Below, piece after piece: positions 24,201 through 32,361 of a stretch of DNA of 64,000 bases. The stretch is from a bacterium (lineage in GTDB: Bacteria; Elusimicrobiota; Elusimicrobia; UBA1565; UBA9628). The DNA is taken from assembly GCA_021782205.1 (NCBI GenBank), contig JAJXVH010000003.1:31931-95930 (forward strand), given 5' to 3'. Each line of letters opens with the position of its first letter. The first letter of the stretch is position 1. Under the pieces are notes generated by a model. That model ran no database searches. It was not told the origin of the DNA and worked only from the letters and a program-made list of their open reading frames with translations. Made by a program: the position numbers and the translations under genes.

Positions 24201-25439
24201 CTAGCGCGCCGGGGCTCCCGCCGGCCGAAGCAGTTCGTCGTAGAGATCGCCCAGGCGCGCGGCCAGCGTCCGCCAGTCGTAGCTTCTCAGCGCGGCGCGC
24301 CTTCCATTTTCCCCTAACTCAAGGCGCAGGGTCTCCGACTGGACCAAGCGGAGAACGGCATCGGCAAAGCGCGCCGCTCCGTCGGCGACCAGCAGATCCC
24401 TGCCGGCCTCGGCGTCCAGCCCGGATGCCGCGCGCGAACTGGCCACGACGGGAACCCCCATCGCGAACGCCTCCAGGATCTTCCCTTTGATCCCGCGCCC
24501 AAGCCTCACGGGAGCAACGAAGACCGTCGCGTCCGAAAGATAAGGACGCACGTCGGGAACCGTGCCGGTGACGCGCACGCCCGCGACGTTTTCCGCGGCG
24601 GCCTTCAAGACTTCCGTCGGATCAGAGCCCGCCAAAATGAGTTCGGCGCGCGGCTCCCGCTTCCGCACGCGCGGAAAGATGTCGCGCAGAAGGTGCAGCG
24701 CCGCGTCTTCGTTCGGGAAATGAGGATAGTGCCCGAGAAAAACGAGGCGCACGCCCGGCCCCGGCGGCTCGATGCGACGAAAATAATCAAGATCGACGCC
24801 GGTCGCGATCGCCGAGACGGTCGCGCGCGCAGAGAGCCGGCGCAGCGCCCGGCGGTCGGGCTCCGTCGTCACGACCACGCGGTCGTAGTCGGCGCCCGTC
24901 GCCGCAGCAAAGCGCACGCGTCGCCTCCACTCCGGCACGCGGGCCAGCTTTCCCCACCCCGACATCTCTCGGAAATACGAACCAAAGAAGGACGCGCCAC
25001 CCATGTCGTGCTGGGTGAGCACCTTCGCGGCACCGGAGAATCCTCGACCGTAGGCGGCCATCAGCTCGAACTCTGCGTGCACAATGTCCGCCTCGCCGGC
25101 ATCCACGAGAGCGCGCAGTTTTTCAGCCATCGCGGCGCTGTAGAAGCGCCGCGCGTCGTCGGGCAGTTCCAAACCGTCGAAAACGGCCGGCCCCGGTCCG
25201 GCGGGGCGCTCGACCCAATGAATGTTCTCGAACACCGGCCGCAACTCGGCGTGCTCGCGCCGCAAATCTTCCGCGATCTCCGCGATGCCGGAGGCTTTGC
25301 TTTGAAACGTCAGCAGCGAGAAACGGAAGCGGTCTCCCAGCATGCGGCAGAGGGAATGGATGCGCTTGGAGCCGCCGTCGTAGGGATAGGGGGCCCAGGG
25401 CGTCAGCATCAATACGCGGGGGCGCGCGGGCGTGCTCAT
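24201..25439 (-). CDS. glycosyltransferase family 4 (GT-B)
   Basis: 412 aa. VLMLTPWAPYPYDGGSKR N-terminus; VFVAPVRLGRGIKGKILEAFAMGVPVVAS (E-X7-E region). Confidence 0.85.
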   Translation of the reverse strand: MSTPARPRVLMLTPWAPYPYDGGSKRIHSLCRMLGDRFRFSLLTFQSKASGIAEIAEDLRREHAELRPVFENIHWVERPAGPGPAVFDGLELPDDARRFYSAAMAEKLRALVDAGEADIVHAEFELMAAYGRGFSGAAKVLTQHDMGGASFFGSYFREMSGWGKLARVPEWRRRVRFAAATGADYDRVVVTTEPDRRALRRLSARATVSAIATGVDLDYFRRIEPPGPGVRLVFLGHYPHFPNEDAALHLLRDIFPRVRKREPRAELILAGSDPTEVLKAAAENVAGVRVTGTVPDVRPYLSDATVFVAPVRLGRGIKGKILEAFAMGVPVVASSRAASGLDAEAGRDLLVADGAARFADAVLRLVQSETLRLELGENGRRAALRSYDWRTLAARLGDLYDELLRPAGAPAR

Positions 25440-25475
25440 GGAGTCTCGACGAAAGAATTATAATCATTCCCAACG

Positions 25476-26090
25476 ATGGAGCGAGAACCCTTTCCGGAAA
25501 AGCTAATTTTTGACGAGGGCGACCTTCCGCCGAACAGCGGCTGGAACATGCGCCGCATACTCGCCGATCTTGAAACCGGAATCATCCCCGAGGATTTCCG
25601 CCGCTTTTTCGACCGCGACCCGGAACGGACGACACCTTCGGAAGCGGGCCTGGTCGTGGCCCCCGCCGACGGCCTCCTGGAATTGCGGCGTCGCGAAGGA
25701 CACGCCGCCGAATTCGTCGTGCACCTGCGCCTGACGGACGTCCACGTCCAGCGTGTGCCGCTGGCCGGCACGGTGGTGTCCGTGCGTAGCGAAGGCAGCG
25801 GTTTTTTTTATCCCGATCAGGAAGGCTATTGGGGCGGCGTGCAGACGGCGACGACCATCGATTCGGCGGCGGGCGTCTACGTCGTCCGGCAGATCACGAC
25901 CTTATTGACCCGGCGCATCGAAAGCTATCTGACGCCCGGAACGTCGGCGACGACGGGACAACGCCTCGGCCGCATACGCCTGGGAAGCACGGTCGTGCTG
26001 GAGCTTCCCGGACGCTGGGAGCCGCTCTGCCGCGACGGGCAGAAAACGGTCGCGGGGGAGACACCATTGGCGCGTCTCGTTTCCGCATGA
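25476..26090 (+). CDS. phosphatidylserine decarboxylase-family (short, archaetidylserine-decarboxylase-like) protein
   Basis: 204 aa. VAPADGLL and the self-cleavage-type LGSTVVL motif near the C-terminus. Confidence 0.65.
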   Translation: MEREPFPEKLIFDEGDLPPNSGWNMRRILADLETGIIPEDFRRFFDRDPERTTPSEAGLVVAPADGLLELRRREGHAAEFVVHLRLTDVHVQRVPLAGTVVSVRSEGSGFFYPDQEGYWGGVQTATTIDSAAGVYVVRQITTLLTRRIESYLTPGTSATTGQRLGRIRLGSTVVLELPGRWEPLCRDGQKTVAGETPLARLVSA

Positions 26091-26115
26091 CTCGCGGCCG
26101 CGGTTTCAGACCGAT

Positions 26116-29100
26116 TTAGTCGCCGCGCAGTTCGGCATCGACCCACGCGTAAAACTCGGTCCACGGCGCGGGCCCCTCGCGAAGGACCAATCTCCTCCAG
26201 AGACGCTCGAGTTCCTCGGCGCGCTCCGGGAATTCCTGGACATAGAGCGAGCGCAGAAGATCGAGATTGAAGAAAGGGGCGCCGATGCCTCGCCCAAGCA
26301 AAAGCCGTAGCCCCATCGCGCGCCCGAGCAGGTAGTGCTGGATATAACCTCGCGACAGAGACGAACCCTCGCACGCCTGCCAGCGCCAGACGCAACGCAA
26401 GGTCGCGCGGCTTTCTCGGGCAAGATCAAGCACAAGCGCGTCCGGGGCTTCGACGGCGGACAAGCGTTCGCGGCCCCATGCGTACTGCCAAGCGCCCGGG
26501 AGCGGCACGCCAGCGCTCGTCAAGAAGTCCCCGGACCCGGCCCCGGGCTCAAGAAACCGAGTCGGAGACTCCAGATAGGCCAGCCGAGACCAGACCTTCC
26601 AGGACGAGGCCGTCAGAACGATCGGCAGCGTTGCGGGCTCGCCGCGCAGGGCGATCATGCGGGACAAAGACTCAAAAATACGGGCCAGCGATTGAGGAGC
26701 AACGGCGGCGTCGTCGAGAACGAGATAGGTGCGATACAGGTCGTCGGCACAACCCGCGACGAGTGCGCCCTCGCAAGCGCGCGCGTATTCCTCCACGAGG
26801 CCGCGCCGACGGCGCAGCTCAACGGCCACCAAGGGCGACGACTCCGACGCCGCGTAAACCCAGCGCAGGCTCGACTTGCCGGCCGCGGGCCAGGAGGCAA
26901 GCGCCCGATATGCGCCGTCGTGCAACCGAGAGAGGCTCTCAGCGCACAGCTGAGCGCGAGCGGGGGGAGACTCCGCCGCGGCCAACGCCTCGAAAGATAT
27001 TCTGAGCTCGGAGTCCGCCGCGTCCAGCGCGGTCTCCCGCGGCGCCAGATCCGAAGGCCCCGCCTCCGCGCCCGCCGCTCTCAGACGAATGACGTCGAGC
27101 GCGGCGTTGCGCGCCGATGAACGCCCGGCCTGCGACGGCTCCGGCCGCCACAGCGCGGACGCCATGAGCCGCGTGTACGCGTGGGCAAGCTCGCCCAACG
27201 GCTCGAGCGCGGTCTTCGCCGACGCGGGCCGCGCCTGCGTCCGAGGCAAACGCCCGTGCAAGGGCACCAACTGCTCCGCGAACTCGCGCGCGCGAAAGCC
27301 GCCCCACTGCGCGTAGCCGGAAAGCTCCGCGGGCTCGGCGACCAGACACTCGCCAAGAAACGGAAATGCGCCCTTGAGCAGGCCGTAGCGGGACCAGAAA
27401 CGTTCAAGCCAGCGCCGGCCGGTCTCTCCGGAGAGGTCTCGCGCGGCAACAAGCAGGTCCACGTCGCTGAGCCCCGGATCCCAATCGCGCCGTGTCCAGC
27501 TCCGGTGCGCGTACAGGGCGGACGCGTTGCCGTCCAGTAGCGCCCACAGCTGGAGCGCGCGCACTGGCAGGCCGTAGACCGCCCGGTAGGCCGCGCCGAA
27601 CAGCGGCAGTCGGCGCGTACGCAGAACGCCCTCGCGCAGCGCGCGCTTGAACTTCGCGACGGCCCCCCGTCCGGCGGGAAGATCTTCGCTGAGCTCGACT
27701 CGCGCGCCGCCCGCCGCATGCACGCGGTCGGCGCAACCGTGGAAGACGACGCGCGTCAGTCGATGAGAGCCGGACTCGGCGGTGAATCCCACTTCGGAAG
27801 CCTCGAGGATGCGCACGTCTTCAAGACTCGTATCGCCGTCGACCACGCCGACGCCGTAGCGCAAGCGACGCAGCGCGCAGTCCGTCAACGAGGCCGCCCC
27901 CCCGCCCGTCACGAACACCCCAGCCTCCGCCATATCGGAGAAACGGCAGTGCGAGGCGACCATTCGTCCGCCCGCAAGCGCCACGCCGTGGCCAGAAACG
28001 TCTTCAATAGCCACGCCTTCAAGCCGGATCTCGGCTCCGGACCCGATCGACAGCCCGCCCCCCGCCAATCTCCCCGAACTCCAGACCAGACGGCCGCGAG
28101 GAAGTTCGACGCCGCGCGAGCCCGAGAGCTCCACACCCGACAGCTCAAACGACGTTCCTTCAAAACGAGCGCCGCCCGCTCCTCCTTCAAGAGCCACGCT
28201 CTTAAGAACCGCCGAGCCGTCACACTCGATGCTTAGGCGCGGCCCCTTGAGCCGCATGCCCTCGAGCCGCAACCGTCCCGCCGTGACCCGCACGCCGCTC
28301 CCAAGACCCTCCACCGCGCCGCCCGCTATTTCAAGCGCGCCTCCGTTTTGAAAAACCGCCGGTCCGGCTTGGCCGCGCAAGACGCAGCCATCAAGCATCG
28401 TGCGCCCCTTCTCCGCCAAGACCCCGGCTTCGCCGCCGTCGAAGCGCGCGCGGCGCAGTTCGAGAAGGGCGTCGTCGGCCCGCACCGCCGTCCCCGCGTG
28501 TCCGGCCACGCCGAAGTCGTCGACGCGGAGTTCCGCGCCGCGCGCCACGAAGCCATCGACGCCGCCGACGACGACCACGCGTTCAGCGCGCACGACGGAC
28601 TGCGAATGGGCGCCGAGGGCCCGCTCGGCGCAATCCTCAAAATTCAGGCCGCGCAGGACCGCGGAGCCTCCGGAAATTTCCAATCCGAAGCGCGTACGCA
28701 CGAAAGCGCAGGCCTCAAGCTCCAATCGACGCGGACGCAGCGCAAGCATTCCTCCTTCCGGCCAGCCGGTCACGCGCAAGCCGCGCCCCCAGAGTTCCGC
28801 GTCCTCCAGATAAAGAGGGTTGCCGGCCCCCTCTTCGAGTGTGACGTCCTCCATGTGCGCCGCGACCCCAGAAAAAATACGCAAACCGCCGCCTCCACGC
28901 AGGAAGCCTCCGCGCCAGGAGAGCGCTCCCGAGAAAACCTCGACGCCGCGCGCGCAATTCTCGAGGCCGAGATCCTCGGCGTCAAGGCCGCCGCCCGCGC
29001 TGACGCCAAGCGCCGCCCGTAAGCCGCGCACCCCACGCAGAAAGAGAATGCCCCCCTCCATCCGGCACGCCGCGATCGACTGATCCTGAAAGGCGACGTT

Positions 29101-32100
29101 TTCGACCTGAGCACGCTCTCCCCCGCTCTCCAGGCCGAAACGTCCTCCCGCGACCCGGCCACCCGACCAGCGTAGCTCCCCGGCGCGTTGAGCGACGCCC
29201 GACGCGCAGCCGGACGCCTGGAAGCCTTCAAGAAGCAATCTGCCTCCCCCAAAGCTAAGCGCCGAACCGCAGTCCGTCACGGCGGCGTCGCGCAATTCAT
29301 ATTCGCCCCGGTCAAGCTCGAAAGCCGCCTTAACGGCGCGCTCGACGCGCACGCGCGTCAGACGCGCGCTTTTTCCGGTTTGTCCCAAGCCCACGGGCGA
29401 GCCCAACAACGCGCAGTCCTCGAGCTCAAGCTCGGCCGACTCGGCGAATATGCCGATTTCCCCGCAGTCCGACACGCCCAAACGCCGAGCCCTCAGCCCT
29501 CCCCCCGTGCTCGACAGGCCGCGGCGGCAGCGCTCGATCCGGCTGTCCTCGAACTCAAGCTTGGCCGCCTCGGCGAATATGCCGATCTCCGCGTCCGACA
29601 CGACGACGCGTCGCGCCCTCAGACCTCCCCCCGTGCTCGACAGGCCGCGGCGGCAGCGTTCGATCCGGCAGTCCTCGATCTCAGCACTCGCGTCGCGCCC
29701 CAGCAGGACGACGCCGCTTTCGCAACCGGAGAAACTCGAGAACTTTAGCGCCGCCCGCGCCGCATCGTGGAGCGTCACGGCCGCGCACAGGCTGCCCCCG
29801 GCAAGAACGTGGCTCAAGACGGATTCCCCGGAATCGCCGAAGACGTGGATTCCCGCCCAAGGCGCGCCCCCGAATTGAATCGGCTCCTGCTCCGTTGCCT
29901 CGGCGCGCAATTTCCCCCCGATCAGCAGGCAACACCTTCCGGAAAGCACTCGCGGCGGGTCTTTCCAGGTTAGACGCTCCTTGAGGCATTCCCATTGCGA
30001 ATCGGCCCGGAAGACGATCTCCGTACCGGGCTCGACGTTCAGCGTAGCGCCGGAAGGGACGAAAACATCGCCCTCCACTTGAATACGCCCCGACCAATTC
30101 TGGTCGCCGTCAAGAACGCCGAAGATCCCGGACGCGTCCTTAAAAGACACTTCCGCGATGTGCGCCGCGACTCCGGGAAAGACCGCCAGCGCGCCGCCGC
30201 GCAAAAAGCCGCCGCGCCAGGACAGCGGCCCCGCGGAAACCTCAACGCCTCGTGCGCAACCCTCGACGCCAAGGTCCTCGGCGTCCAGCGGCCCCGCCGC
30301 GCTAATTCCCAGCGCCCCGTGAGAAACGCGCACTTCGCGAAGAGAAAGACCGCCGGCGTCCATGAGGCACCCCGCGATCGATTGGGCCTGAAACGCCACG
30401 TTTTCGATCCGCGCGCGCGTGCCCGCGCTTTCCAAGCCGAAACGCCCGCCCCGAATCCACCCGCCCGACCAGCTCAGTTCCCCAGTGCGCTGGACGACAC
30501 CCGACCCGCAGCTGGACGCTTCGAAGCCTTCGAGCCGCAGGCGCTCCCCTGCGAAGTGGAGCGCCGCCCCGCAGTCCGTCGCCGCGGAGCCGCGCAGTTC
30601 ATACGCGCCGCCGCCGAGCTCGAAGGCCGCCTTGGTCGCCCGCTCCACGCGCACGCGCGTCAGGCGCGCGCCGCCTCCGTTTTGGGCCAGCCCCACCGGT
30701 GAGCCGGAGAGCGCGCAGTCCTCGAGTTCGAGCTCAGATTCCGAGGCGAACACGCCGAACTCGCCGGCGTCCGATGCGGAGACGCGGCGCAACGTCAGCC
30801 CGCCGCCCGCCACACGCAACCCCGCGATCGACTGAGCCTGAAACACGACGTCTTCGACTCGGGCGCTCGCGCCCGCGCTCTCCAGGCCAAAACGCCCGCC
30901 CGAGACCCGCCCTCCCGACCAGCTCAACTCACCGGCGCGCAGGACGATGCCCGAGCCGCAACCGGACGCCTCGAAGCCTTCAAGCCGCAGATTTTCTCCC
31001 GCGAAGTTGAGCGCCTTCCCGCAATCCGTCGCCGAGGAGCCGCGCAGTTCGTAGGAGCCGCCGTCGAGTTCGAAGGCCGCCGTAGACGCGCGCTCCACGC
31101 GCACGCCCGTCAATCGCCCTGCGCCCCCGATTTGCGCCAGCCCCACCGGCGAACCGGAAAACGCACAGTCTTCGAGCTCCAATTCCGCATCCTGAGCGAA
31201 CACACCGATCTCGCCGCAGTCAGAGATCACGACGCGTTTGCCCGTGAGCCCGCCGCCCGCGCTCGAAAGACCGCGCCGGAGGCTCCGTTCGATCCGGCAA
31301 TCCTCCAGCGCGGCGCTCGCGCCGCGGCCGACCAAGGACACGCCTCCCTCGCAGTCCGAGAAGCGCGAGAATTTAAGCGTCGCTTGCGCGGAGTCGTGCA
31401 GCGTCACTGCCGCGCACAGGCTTCCGCCGGCAAATACGTGGCTCAGGGAGGAGCCCCAGGAGTCGGTCACGAAGTGGATCCCTGCCCAATCCGCGCCGCC
31501 GAACCGAATCGGGGACTGCGACGTTGCCTCGGCGAGAAGACGCCCGCCGATGAGCAGCCGGCACTTGCCCTCGAGGTTCTGCGGCCAGCCTTTCCAGATA
31601 CGGCACTCCTTCAGGCAGTCCCACTGCGAATCGGCCCGGAACACGATCTCCGTGCCGGGCTCGACGCGCAGCGTGGCCCCCGGAGGCACGAACACGTCGC
31701 CTTCGACCAATATGCGTCCCGACCACCGCTGGTCCCCATCAAGAATACCGAATACCGAGCGCGCGGATTCGGAATCGGGCGGCGCCGCGATCTCAGCGCC
31801 GCAGGTCAGCCTCGCGCCGAGCGACTGCAGGCGTGCGTAGGCGCCAGCGGTCGCGCGCTCGCGCCAGGCGAGCAAGCCTAGAAGCGTGCCTCGGGTCGAC
31901 CGCGGCAAAGGCAGGCGCGTCCAGCCCAGGCGCAACGCGGCCTCGCACAAGCGGTCGGCCGCCGCAAGGCCGCGATAGACCGGCGCGCCCAGCGCGGCAA
32001 GCGCGAGCCCCCACACACGTCCCTGAGGCCCGACCGAACGCCACACGCCCGCAACACGCGCCGCCTCAACGACGCCGACGACGGCCGGCTCCGGCGACAA

Positions 32101-32361
32101 CGGGTCGGGTAGCAGGTTCGCGTCCCCCTTGGTGACCGCGCAGAGAACACCCGCACGTCGTCGCCGCCCAAGAAAGCGATGCACGACATACTCCGGGGGC
32201 CCGCCCCGCCAGTCGAGCACGACGGCAAGGTCGCCCGGGCGCAATTCGGAGAGCAGCGCGCGCCGCACCAGAATGCGATCTCCCGCCTTAAGCAGGAAGC
32301 GCATAGAATCACCGCGAACGGCCAATGTCCAGGTCCGCGCGGGCTCCGGCATAGGGCTCAC
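26116..32361 (-). CDS. giant 2081-aa multidomain protein: S26B/SipW-like peptidase signature, tandem parallel beta-helix modules, nucleotidyltransferase-like C-terminal region
   Basis: Single uninterrupted ORF. GTG start overlaps the stop of the upstream GT2 gene (GTGA); an alternative ATG lies at 32352. Domain evidence is in the findings. Confidence 0.85.
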   Translation of the reverse strand: MSPMPEPARTWTLAVRGDSMRFLLKAGDRILVRRALLSELRPGDLAVVLDWRGGPPEYVVHRFLGRRRRAGVLCAVTKGDANLLPDPLSPEPAVVGVVEAARVAGVWRSVGPQGRVWGLALAALGAPVYRGLAAADRLCEAALRLGWTRLPLPRSTRGTLLGLLAWRERATAGAYARLQSLGARLTCGAEIAAPPDSESARSVFGILDGDQRWSGRILVEGDVFVPPGATLRVEPGTEIVFRADSQWDCLKECRIWKGWPQNLEGKCRLLIGGRLLAEATSQSPIRFGGADWAGIHFVTDSWGSSLSHVFAGGSLCAAVTLHDSAQATLKFSRFSDCEGGVSLVGRGASAALEDCRIERSLRRGLSSAGGGLTGKRVVISDCGEIGVFAQDAELELEDCAFSGSPVGLAQIGGAGRLTGVRVERASTAAFELDGGSYELRGSSATDCGKALNFAGENLRLEGFEASGCGSGIVLRAGELSWSGGRVSGGRFGLESAGASARVEDVVFQAQSIAGLRVAGGGLTLRRVSASDAGEFGVFASESELELEDCALSGSPVGLAQNGGGARLTRVRVERATKAAFELGGGAYELRGSAATDCGAALHFAGERLRLEGFEASSCGSGVVQRTGELSWSGGWIRGGRFGLESAGTRARIENVAFQAQSIAGCLMDAGGLSLREVRVSHGALGISAAGPLDAEDLGVEGCARGVEVSAGPLSWRGGFLRGGALAVFPGVAAHIAEVSFKDASGIFGVLDGDQNWSGRIQVEGDVFVPSGATLNVEPGTEIVFRADSQWECLKERLTWKDPPRVLSGRCCLLIGGKLRAEATEQEPIQFGGAPWAGIHVFGDSGESVLSHVLAGGSLCAAVTLHDAARAALKFSSFSGCESGVVLLGRDASAEIEDCRIERCRRGLSSTGGGLRARRVVVSDAEIGIFAEAAKLEFEDSRIERCRRGLSSTGGGLRARRLGVSDCGEIGIFAESAELELEDCALLGSPVGLGQTGKSARLTRVRVERAVKAAFELDRGEYELRDAAVTDCGSALSFGGGRLLLEGFQASGCASGVAQRAGELRWSGGRVAGGRFGLESGGERAQVENVAFQDQSIAACRMEGGILFLRGVRGLRAALGVSAGGGLDAEDLGLENCARGVEVFSGALSWRGGFLRGGGGLRIFSGVAAHMEDVTLEEGAGNPLYLEDAELWGRGLRVTGWPEGGMLALRPRRLELEACAFVRTRFGLEISGGSAVLRGLNFEDCAERALGAHSQSVVRAERVVVVGGVDGFVARGAELRVDDFGVAGHAGTAVRADDALLELRRARFDGGEAGVLAEKGRTMLDGCVLRGQAGPAVFQNGGALEIAGGAVEGLGSGVRVTAGRLRLEGMRLKGPRLSIECDGSAVLKSVALEGGAGGARFEGTSFELSGVELSGSRGVELPRGRLVWSSGRLAGGGLSIGSGAEIRLEGVAIEDVSGHGVALAGGRMVASHCRFSDMAEAGVFVTGGGAASLTDCALRRLRYGVGVVDGDTSLEDVRILEASEVGFTAESGSHRLTRVVFHGCADRVHAAGGARVELSEDLPAGRGAVAKFKRALREGVLRTRRLPLFGAAYRAVYGLPVRALQLWALLDGNASALYAHRSWTRRDWDPGLSDVDLLVAARDLSGETGRRWLERFWSRYGLLKGAFPFLGECLVAEPAELSGYAQWGGFRAREFAEQLVPLHGRLPRTQARPASAKTALEPLGELAHAYTRLMASALWRPEPSQAGRSSARNAALDVIRLRAAGAEAGPSDLAPRETALDAADSELRISFEALAAAESPPARAQLCAESLSRLHDGAYRALASWPAAGKSSLRWVYAASESSPLVAVELRRRRGLVEEYARACEGALVAGCADDLYRTYLVLDDAAVAPQSLARIFESLSRMIALRGEPATLPIVLTASSWKVWSRLAYLESPTRFLEPGAGSGDFLTSAGVPLPGAWQYAWGRERLSAVEAPDALVLDLARESRATLRCVWRWQACEGSSLSRGYIQHYLLGRAMGLRLLLGRGIGAPFFNLDLLRSLYVQEFPERAEELERLWRRLVLREGPAPWTEFYAWVDAELRGD
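26119..27650 (-). other. C-terminal approx. 510-aa region of the giant ORF, nucleotidyltransferase-like (NTP_transf_5-like) start
   Basis: ALYAHRSWTRRDWDPGLSDVDLLVAARDL resembles the G/S-x-D-x-D-LLV core of the uncharacterised NTase family. The remainder is helical and Arg/Leu/Ala-rich. Confidence 0.35.
28822..31758 (-). repeat. two paralogous in-frame beta-helix modules (543 aa and 436 aa) inside the giant ORF
   Basis: Module 1 (30130-31758) and module 2 (28822-30129) both start (S/G)xFG(I/V)LDGDQxWSGRIxVEGDVFVPxGATLxVEPGTEIVFRADSQW and end AAH(I/M)xxV. A 450-nt sub-repeat starts at about 31224, 30774 and 29472. Confidence 0.85.
29410..29664 (-). repeat. in-frame 126/129-nt tandem duplication (IERCRRGLSSTGGGLRARR...) within module 2
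   Basis: A 49-nt stretch at 29490-29538 matches 29616-29664 with 2 mismatches. CTCGGCGAATATGCCGAT is also duplicated, at 29440 and 29569. Confidence 0.85.
32062..32334 (-). other. S26B (SipW/Sec11/archaeal-type signal peptidase)-like segment of the giant ORF
   Basis: Ordered motifs VRGDSM ... GDRILV ... GDLAVV ... YVVHRF ... VTKGDANLLPD. Confidence 0.6.

Noticed and set aside
28822-31758. Repeated sequence blocks that could be mistaken for a CRISPR array or a mobile-element repeat.
   Set aside because: The units are 126-1600 nt long, contiguous without unique spacers, and remain in one reading frame encoding beta-helix turns. There are no cas genes and no short, regularly spaced repeats.
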